A stretch of DNA of 41,504 nt. Origin: an uncultured Candidatus Peribacteria bacterium. GTDB lineage: Bacteria > Patescibacteriota > Gracilibacteria > Peribacterales > Peribacteraceae. The translations under genes were made by a program, and so were the position numbers. The stretch's first letter is position 1. Each line of letters opens with the position of its first letter. The stretch lies in assembly GCA_964348745.1 (NCBI GenBank), contig CAYGDT010000001.1, forward strand, positions 1 through 41,504. The letters are read 5' to 3'. This document shows, piece by piece, positions 7,972 through 16,600 of this stretch. Below the pieces are notes generated by a model that worked only from the letters and a program-made list of their open reading frames with translations, was not told the DNA's origin and ran no database searches.

Positions 7972-8427
7972 TTATCGCTCCAATGTAACCGGTATCACGT
8001 TCAAAATAATGTCTGTTGATGGGCGATACAAGATTGCCAGAGATGCTGTTACGACGAGGAAATCTCCGTTCATTGCATCCACATAGAACATATTTTTCTC
8101 TCGAAGAAGACCTGCATCAATGACTTCGGCGATAGTAGGTTCAAATCCATCGGGAATTTGAATGTGTCTGCGAACACGCGCGATGATCTCTTTTGCCTTC
8201 TCGGGAGATGGTTGTCTGCTCTCAGCATCGTCTGCATCTTGAGTAGAAAGTTCTTGCCTGTCAGAAAACAGAAAGGGCAAGACAAATGATCCAACTCCTG
8301 CGATAACAAGGAGAAGAACAGCAACAACAATAGCAAGCATGAACCTATGACGCCTTTGCTGCCCTAAGCGAGAATCATGTGGTTGAGGATCATGGGGCCG
8401 GTTAATTTGTGGAGAATCGAAGTCCAT
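7972..8427 (-). CDS. Hypothetical single-pass membrane protein (151 aa)
   Basis: Polar N-terminus, one TM segment (FMLAIVVAVLLLVIAGVGSFVLPFLF), then a soluble domain of about 85 aa. No recognisable motif. Confidence 0.5.
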   Translation of the reverse strand: MDFDSPQINRPHDPQPHDSRLGQQRRHRFMLAIVVAVLLLVIAGVGSFVLPFLFSDRQELSTQDADDAESRQPSPEKAKEIIARVRRHIQIPDGFEPTIAEVIDAGLLREKNMFYVDAMNGDFLVVTASLAILYRPSTDIILNVIPVTLER

Positions 8428-8458
8428 TGCTTAAAAATACATATCGTCACGAAGGTTG

Positions 8459-8483
8459 TCATTCTCATTTTTAAGGAGAATGA
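8459..8483 (-). terminator. Hairpin directly downstream of the 657-aa gene (possible terminator)
   Basis: TCATTCTC-ATTTTTAAG-GAGAATGA: an 8-bp stem starting 3 nt after the stop at 8486. There is no clean U-run on the minus strand, so confidence is low. Confidence 0.35.
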
Positions 8484-8485
8484 TT

Positions 8486-10459
8486 CTACGGTGAAGTTAC
8501 AATGAAATCGACGGTCACGTCATACGTGCCGCTGGGTTGAATTTTAGACGATCCGACTTCTGCGCGAAATTGAAGTTGCTCAGACGATCCCGCCGGAGCG
8601 GTACTGGAGTTGCGATTGACAAGTAGCACACTGCTTCCTGTACCGACGTTCAACCATTTTTCACTGGTGAGATCCGTCCCCCATTGAACAGCAGAATCGG
8701 TACTGGAGGACTTTAGTCGACCTCCCCATTCAGACGTTGTCGCAGCGACTGTCCATGTTTCAGGTACTCCTACTACTGAAGGAGAGAACGGTCCAATAGT
8801 GTCCTCGAACTGACTGATCATATGTCCCGTTGCCGTTCCGCCCGATCCGGTCGAGACGAGCCAGGATAACGAGTATCCCGCATCGGATTCCGCAATAACG
8901 GTGCAACTTTCTTCTGCAGTGGTCTGACCGATACCGGGGATGCTCCCAAGATTAAGCGCGGTGAAACAGACGAGGGAAAGAGCGTTGCTAGCAGCTTGCC
9001 TGTACCCTGCTGAAAGATCGTAGTTTTGCGCTCTAGAAAAGCCGACACCTGGTTCGCCGATCGTATCACTCAGGCGGTAGTTATTTGAAAGCGCCAATTC
9101 TCCGCCACCCGAAGCGATAACATCAGCATCGATTTTGTAATTGGCACTTTTTTGAGCGGCATCGTTCGCAATCTGCCAAGCACGCATTTCCTGTGATTCG
9201 ATGCCACGAGTGTCAATAAGAATCAGAGGACCAACAAGATAAAATTCCGGAGAAATATCCGGTGCGTCGTAGATGTACGAAAACGTTGCTTTTTCCCCTT
9301 TATTCCATGTGCCGTTCCATGCAATTGTCGTATCCTCGGTCTGAAAATCTGTTCCTGTCACTGCTTGAGGAGATGTCTGCAGAATGGCAAACCCGCGCGG
9401 AACAATATCGGAGATTGTGCCTGTAAATTCTTCCGTAAACTCCACGTCGATTTCCATACGCGACGGCGCGAAAGGCCAGAGACGGGTCGCTGCGCGACGC
9501 GTGATGATCACCGATGGGGACGATTGCACGGAAACGGAGGAAGTAAGCGTCGTCGTACGCTCAGCAACAATCGATTGCAGCTGCAATGCGTATTCACCTT
9601 CTTGTGTGAACAAAAACGACGCTCTGTAGTCCGGGTCAATCAATCCTGCTTCTTTGACTCCGCAGGATTCGGTCGTCTCTATAGATTCGTCTTCTGTGGA
9701 GAGAACATGTCTGGAACCGTCCGGTGCTATGATAGTGAGCATCACATTCGCATTGCATACAATTTCACCTTGGTCATCCAACACGCCAAAATGCAGCTGC
9801 GCTCTCTCGTTCGTACGATAGCGATCCTGATGTGTATTGAGCGTAAGTACGCCCCATGCAAAGTCTTGCTCTGAATACCTCCCGTCAGTCGACGCGATAC
9901 GCAACGTATAGTACCCTGGACGGAATTGGCGCTCATCCAACGTAAATTCTGCACTGCCGGGCGTAAAATGATAATGAGGAAAATAGGTCACTCCGTCATT
10001 TCGTGTCAGACTCACAGTAACGGAAGTTGTTGGAAGTGGTTGCACTTCAGCAGACAAAGAAGAATTCTCCTGAGACAACCGAGATAATGATGAGTATGCA
10101 CTGCTGGGTGACGAGGAAGAATTGCGCATTGCAGATTGCACGTTCACAACTGTCCCTGCAGGCAAGCTCTCTGCATTGTCCGGTAGAGCATTGCGAAAAT
10201 TTGCACCCTGAGCATCCAAATCCTCCACAAGATCATGCAATGCCGGCGAAAGTTCCAGAGAAAATCCGAAGACTGATGCCGTTGTCGAACGATGTATGAA
10301 GAGGTATCCAGCAAGTACAGCAGACGTAATCAATATGGCAGCAAGGGTGCGTAACTCGCTTCGCCGAGAATGAGTAGCAATGATTGATGGAAAAGTCATC
10401 GGTGTGCATCCTATCAAACTATCAAAGATTACGCATTGTTCAGTAGCGTTGCGACACAT
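8486..10459 (-). CDS. Large membrane-anchored surface protein ending in the same two-Cys beta-sandwich domain as 3162-3917
   Basis: 657 aa; an alternative ATG lies at 10399. It has an N-terminal TM anchor (LAAILITSAVLAGYLFI) and a Ser-rich linker. Ig/MG-like beta domains follow (DRYRTNERAQLHFGVLDDQGEIV...), then a C-terminal domain of about 160 aa paralogous to the 251-aa protein. Confidence 0.7.
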   Translation of the reverse strand: MCRNATEQCVIFDSLIGCTPMTFPSIIATHSRRSELRTLAAILITSAVLAGYLFIHRSTTASVFGFSLELSPALHDLVEDLDAQGANFRNALPDNAESLPAGTVVNVQSAMRNSSSSPSSAYSSLSRLSQENSSLSAEVQPLPTTSVTVSLTRNDGVTYFPHYHFTPGSAEFTLDERQFRPGYYTLRIASTDGRYSEQDFAWGVLTLNTHQDRYRTNERAQLHFGVLDDQGEIVCNANVMLTIIAPDGSRHVLSTEDESIETTESCGVKEAGLIDPDYRASFLFTQEGEYALQLQSIVAERTTTLTSSVSVQSSPSVIITRRAATRLWPFAPSRMEIDVEFTEEFTGTISDIVPRGFAILQTSPQAVTGTDFQTEDTTIAWNGTWNKGEKATFSYIYDAPDISPEFYLVGPLILIDTRGIESQEMRAWQIANDAAQKSANYKIDADVIASGGGELALSNNYRLSDTIGEPGVGFSRAQNYDLSAGYRQAASNALSLVCFTALNLGSIPGIGQTTAEESCTVIAESDAGYSLSWLVSTGSGGTATGHMISQFEDTIGPFSPSVVGVPETWTVAATTSEWGGRLKSSSTDSAVQWGTDLTSEKWLNVGTGSSVLLVNRNSSTAPAGSSEQLQFRAEVGSSKIQPSGTYDVTVDFIVTSP

Positions 10460-10686
10460 GCCTCGTTTACTGAAACAATAAATTCAGTGAAAGCTACGGA
10501 AATCATCTTGCTTTGCACACTCGCAAATGAACTAAATACAAAAGTGCGGGATGAAAGGACAGAAGATTTTATTGATAAATCAGTAAATCTGAGCCAAATT
10601 ACGAAAGTTTACAAAAATGACTACACAAGTGTAGTAAACTTTGCTACAATGTAAAGATTTAATTACAAAATAAAAATAAAACACAA

Positions 10687-13600
10687 ATGTTTTCACTCTG
10701 TTCCTCCGACGATGCCAAGCGGCTTTACGCTTCTGTATGCGCCTCGCAACTGAGCGAACGTGCGAAGAAACGCTTGGACTGGATTGTGTACTACCTTGAG
10801 AACGGCAAGTCTATCAGTGAGACGTGCAGGATGTTTTCGATTTCACGCAGTACGTTTTACCGTGTGATTGAACGATTTGATCCTGCGGATATCACATCAC
10901 TGGAGGATAAGCCACACGCACATTGTTTGCGCTCACATACGGAACTACCGGCGGTTGCGATGGAACGCATCCGCGACGAACGGAAGAGGGAGCCGACAAT
11001 AAGTCGAGAGCGTATCGCAGAAATTCTCGCATCGGAATGCGGTATCGCTGTCTCTCCTTCTTTGATAGGCCGCATTATCAATCGCGAAGGATTGTTTTTT
11101 GGTGCGAGTCTCGCACATCAGAAGAAAAGGATCGAAAAGACAGCAGTGCAGGATGTAGATCATTCAGCAATTGCAGTCGGAAACTCTGCTCCCACATCAT
11201 CAAAATTGCTATTTGTACCTACTCGCCTGACGCTGATGACTCTGAGTATCGGCATCATTATAGCAGCCATGGTCGGAGGAAGTTTAACGGCTACAGTATT
11301 GTCTTCACCGAAGAGAGAAAACATTTCGGATGATCTTGTTATACGATGTGAGGAAGTTCTCAGAACATTTGCTTCGGTGCTTTCGTGGTATAAGCAACAT
11401 GGCAGGCAATATGAAGTGTCTGAAAGTGAGCAGATTGAACTCGATGCGTGCCGAAGCATTATCGACGGCCACACAAAGAACAAATCGTCTACCCTAAAAC
11501 CACTGGGGGCTGCCCTGCGATCAATTCTGAGCATTCCGCGCGCATATGCTGCAGAGGGTATTTTTAAGAAAATTCCGTACCAAGGAAATGTAACACTGAC
11601 ATCGGGAGCAGGGATGAGCAACGGCCAGTACAATATGCGCTTCAAAATCTTTGATGCGGCAAGCGGCGGGACGGAATTATGGTCTGAAACATGGGACAGC
11701 AATACACAACCTGTGACGATGACCGGAGGACTCTTTACAGTGTATCTCGGGACGCATATTGCAATGAACAACGTAGACTTCAATACGGATTCACTCTACC
11801 TCCAAGTGCAGTTTGACCCAGGAAATGACGATGTCTACGAGGAAACATTCTCACCGAGACGCAGGTTCGCATCCGTTCCGTATGCGCTAAATTCCGACAA
11901 AGTAGACGGTCTCGATGCCACGCAGTTTCTCCGCAGTGATGCAAGCGATGTGATGAGTGGCTCTCTGCTCATCCACCAATCTGGACAATCCGTATCGGGA
12001 GCAGATGCTCGGGTACAACTGGAAATCATCGGTACTGCATCTGGGAGAGTTCTGCATGCACAAGACCTGCTGACATCCTCCGGCAAATTGATTGTTGAGG
12101 GAACATCTTTGCTCTACGGCTATGTTGATATTTTTCGAATGCTCTCGATACATGACACGGCATCCGGAAGAGTACTGCACGCTGAAGATTCACTGCAATC
12201 CTCTGGATCACTCATCGTAGAAGGTGAAACAACGCTTAATGGTGCGCTGGTTCTCGGTTCCACTATCCGTATTAACGGTGTTACCTACACCTTCCCTGCT
12301 GGTGATGGCTCTGCTTCTGGCAAAGTACTCAAAACAAACGGCACAGGACAGCTCGCTTGGTCTAGCGACACTACTGGGTCAACATATTATGCTGGCGCAG
12401 GCCTATCGCTCAATGGCGCAAACTTCCTGTCCCTCTCTTCGACACTTACCGGTACCTCCTTGGAGATCACCGGTACGGCAAGCGGAAGAATCGTCCATGC
12501 GCAAGATCTCCTTCGCTCCTCCGGAGCACTCATCGTGAAAGGTACTACGCGCCTGCAATCAGGAGCCATTATAAGAATGGCGGCACCACTCCTTATCCTC
12601 CGTAGTAGTGTAACTTCCCAGCAGTGGGAGTTGAAAGGTGGCAGTACTTTATCGTCTTCTTTTAGTATCTATGATGCCACAGCAAAGAAAATCAGATTCG
12701 TGGTTGGCGGCTCAGACGGCAATACTACGATCGGTACTGGTGTGTCTGTCAGCAACAGCCGACTATACGTCTGGGGAGGTCCCAACGGTGCGAATATTGA
12801 CGTCCGGGGAGATGCTTCCATTGTTGGGGGCGATCAGTCGACCATAGAGCTTGAGGGCAATAACTATGATGTCGACCCCAATTCCATTCGCATGACGTAC
12901 TATGGTGCTAGCCATGGCATCGGGACAACCATGGGATACAGTAACAATAAACTCGGCGTGCTCGCATGGCAGGGCGTTAATACAGCCATCATTGCTGTGC
13001 AAGACATCAAACCTCTTCTCTTTGGTACAAGCAATAAGGAACGCATGAGACTGACCGAGACTGGTTCTCTTGCGATTGGAACTGCGACACCGGGTCGCTC
13101 TAAATTGGCTGTCTCCGGTTCTACGATTATGGGTTTCAATATTGGCTCCGCAGCCGCCGACGCAGGACTTGCACTCGAAGTCCTCGGTACGGCATCCGGT
13201 CGTATCTTCCATGCGCAAGACGAACTGCGCTCCTCCGGTACTCTGATCGTCGATGGAACCACAACGCTCAACGGTGCGCTGGTTCTTGGTTCCACTATCC
13301 GTATCGGTGGGGTCACCTATACCTTCCCTGTCGGCGATGGCTCCGCATCGGGCAAAGTACTCAAAACAAATGGTGCAGGGCAACTCTCTTGGTCAACCGA
13401 TAGCACTGGAGGAGGTGGATCGTACTACGCAGGCCAAGGCCTGTCTCTCAACGGTAGTAACTTCCTCTCCCTCGCAGCCACCCTCACAGGAACATCTCTG
13501 GAAATCTACGGAACAGCTTCCGGAAGAATCCTCCATGCACAAGACCAACTGCGTTCCTCCGGCACACTGATTGTGAAAGGAACAACACGCCTGCAATCAG

Positions 13601-16600
13601 GTGCTATCATCAAAATGACGTCACCACTCCTCGGTGACGGTCTCCAATTCATCATCGACCAGTCGCAGATCAGCGGTCCGGGACGTATTATGGCGATCGA
13701 TGATAATGTTGGTTCGGAAATCTTTGCTATCAACAAGTATGGATTCATAAAAACTGAGCGCGGCTATGTGTCCTACGATGGATTCATGGGACAAGAGTTC
13801 AATGACGAGAGAGCATCTGCTGCAGCCGACCTTGCGACACGCGGCGATGACGGGACATGGGTGTTCGACGAGGGAGCAGCGACATCCACCTGTACCGACA
13901 TCGTAGCGGAGGGCTCAATAAGTTTCGACCGTATGACTAACTCCGCCACACAACCAGCAGGCTGTGCCATGTTCATGGGAATCGGAGTCGGAGACATCAT
14001 GGGATTCACTAATGCTGCGAACTTGCCGCGCACGCTCATTAAGATACGACCGGGTCGCGCTACTGCCGATGCGCATACATGGGCTGGACTCTTTATCGAT
14101 TGGGCTCCCTCCGCAACCGAACCAACAGAGGGTATTTACTTCACCAATGCTGCGGGCGGTACATGGACCGGCCGCATTAACCCCGCATCCGGAGCGAGTT
14201 CAGATGTTGTCTGTACCGGGCAAACCATCTCGACAACACAGTTTGCTGCATTAGAAATTATCGTTGAGAGCTCGACCATCGTCCGTTTCAAAGTAGATAA
14301 TGACTTATCAAACGGTATTAACTTTGTAGACTGCGGCACGGGAAACCCTAGTGGCGTCACCAGTAACTTGGGGGCAGGTGTGTTTATGGGTACCACCTCC
14401 ACGACTAGCTTTACTATGGATACGGATTACGTTCGTGTATGGACAGATGACCCAAAAACAAGTGGGCAGTCCGTCGTGCAGACTCCAGAAACGCCAACAG
14501 AGCTGGATCTTACAACGAGTGCCGACCTCGCCGAAGCATACCCTGCCATCGACGCAGGAAGTTTTGGAGCCGGTGAGCTCGTTTCCATAGACGAAAAAGG
14601 AGATGGAAGTGTGCGAAAAAGTAAAAATCCATACGAGAAAAATTTGATCGGCGTCGTGAGCGCATCACCCTACGATGTCATGGGTGCGCAGTCGGAGAAT
14701 ACCGTAGCCATAGCACTAGCCGGACGTGTACCTGTAAGAGTCTCGACGGAGAACGGGCCTATTGCTGTGGGCGAATCCATCACCTCTTCTTCGAAGCCCG
14801 GCATCGGTATGAGAGCAAGTTCAGCAGGCCCAATCATCGGGAAAGCAATGCAAGCGTACGATGGTCAAGGTGAAGGTATCATTATGGTGTTTGTCTATGC
14901 AGGAGACTACGTCGGTGATGGGCTGTACCTGCTTGGCAGCGGCGCAAACACAATAGGTGAAAGCACTCAAAATTCCGGCACTTCAGCTGAGTATGCGGAA
15001 TGGTTTAAAGTATCAAACGATCATCCGATCGCCGGCGAAGTAGTTTGTATCGATCCGACAACACCGCAATCCGTTGCATATTGTGCAGATGAGCCGAGTG
15101 AAAACATCGTTGGCATTGTCGCCACGAGAGCGCAAATCGTAGGCAATGAATTTACAGGAGTACAGGGACTGCCTGTACCCGGTCACGTTCTGGTTGGCCT
15201 CATGGGGCAGACAACTGTAAAAGTCACTACTTTGGAAGGCAAATCCATTCGCATCGGAGATGCTCTCACTGCAGCAAGTACGAAAGGATTCGCACGCAAA
15301 TCGATCCGAGGTGAACCGACTATCGGGGTTGCTTTGGAAGAATTCACAGGTGAGGACGGCACAATTTCCATCCTTATATCCCGCAACAATGCTTCGCACA
15401 CTATGCAAGAAATCGAACAGAAGATACTCGATACCGTTGCGAGCATGGGACTCACCGAAAAGATGCAGAGCATCATCGCGCAGAGTATTGATACACTCGA
15501 CTTCGGTTATTCGATTAAAGAAGAAGTACGCGAGCAGCTACTGGCTCTCTACCTCTCGGAACCGCAGACTGCCGATGCACCATCTGTGAAACCGACACTT
15601 CCTGAGTTACTTACGCACGCACGCTCGTTCTCCGGTTCTACTCTGTTTGCTGGAAATGTCGAAGTTCAAGGAGCCCTTTCCGTGAGCGGACCTGTGAATA
15701 TGAGTGGCAGTCTCACCGTTGCCGAAATTCTTCGAACATCGCATCTCACCGCCTCAGGAAACCTCACTGTCGGTGGCTCCGCGCGTATCATGGGCGATGC
15801 CTATGTCGAAGGCACGCTGACCATCGCTTCGCTTATTGTGCCCGATGCTCTACATGTATATGGAGACATGACCGTACAAGGCTTCGTACAAGCGTATCAT
15901 CTTTCTGCCTCCAGTGGGGCAACCATCCGCGGGTCGATCGACATCGATACGCAGACAGGGTCGATCCGCATAGGATCCGGTTCTATCTCCATCAAATCCG
16001 GAAATATGATCCTCGAGAATGGAAGTATCGATGTGCAAGAACTCATCGTCCGCAAAGCGCTGTTACTCCACGGAGACATTACCGTAGAGGGTCTTGCTGT
16101 CTTCCTCGGCAATCTCGAAGTCCGCGGAGACCTGATTTTGAGTGACCGCCAGGCAGGATTTGCAGAGATTCCTGCCGGAGTAAGCAGTGTCAGAATCTCG
16201 TATGGAACAGGATTCATCGCAACTCCGATCATCACGGCAACACCGATGAGTCGTCTTAATACATCGTGGTGGATCGATGCTGTGACAAGCTCCGGGTTTA
16301 CGATCTTCTCTGCAGATCCCGTACCGCAGAATGCTCTCTTCTCATGGAATGCGATGCTCACAAACAATCCGAAAACCTTTAAAGGAACTGATAGTGAAAA
16401 AATACTGATCGACTTCCCCGTCGATTCATACGGTGTACCTCTCTCGAGCAACCCCGCTTGGAATGCATGCATCAGAAATCAAACACTCATTGATGAAGAA
16501 TCGGGAAAACCATTCAACTGCAGTCGCTACCATCAAGAACAGTTATGGACCCAGCCGGATCTGCTTCTGGAATTCCTCTACGATCCTGAGGCAAGCCCGA

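Noticed and set aside
10687-11136. Possible IS481/IS630-type insertion sequence, because of the transposase-like HTH
   Set aside because: There is no DDE catalytic domain, no terminal inverted repeats and no target duplication. The HTH is in frame with the downstream 1900 codons, so I treat it as a domain of the giant protein and not as a mobile element.
11160-11783. 207-aa antisense ORF inside the giant gene. The same applies to 12763-13383 (206 aa), 12900-13316 and 15897-16472 (191 aa).
   Set aside because: These are shadow ORFs opposite a frame that carries clear conserved and repeated motifs. Their composition is Arg/Ser/Cys-rich and not protein-like.
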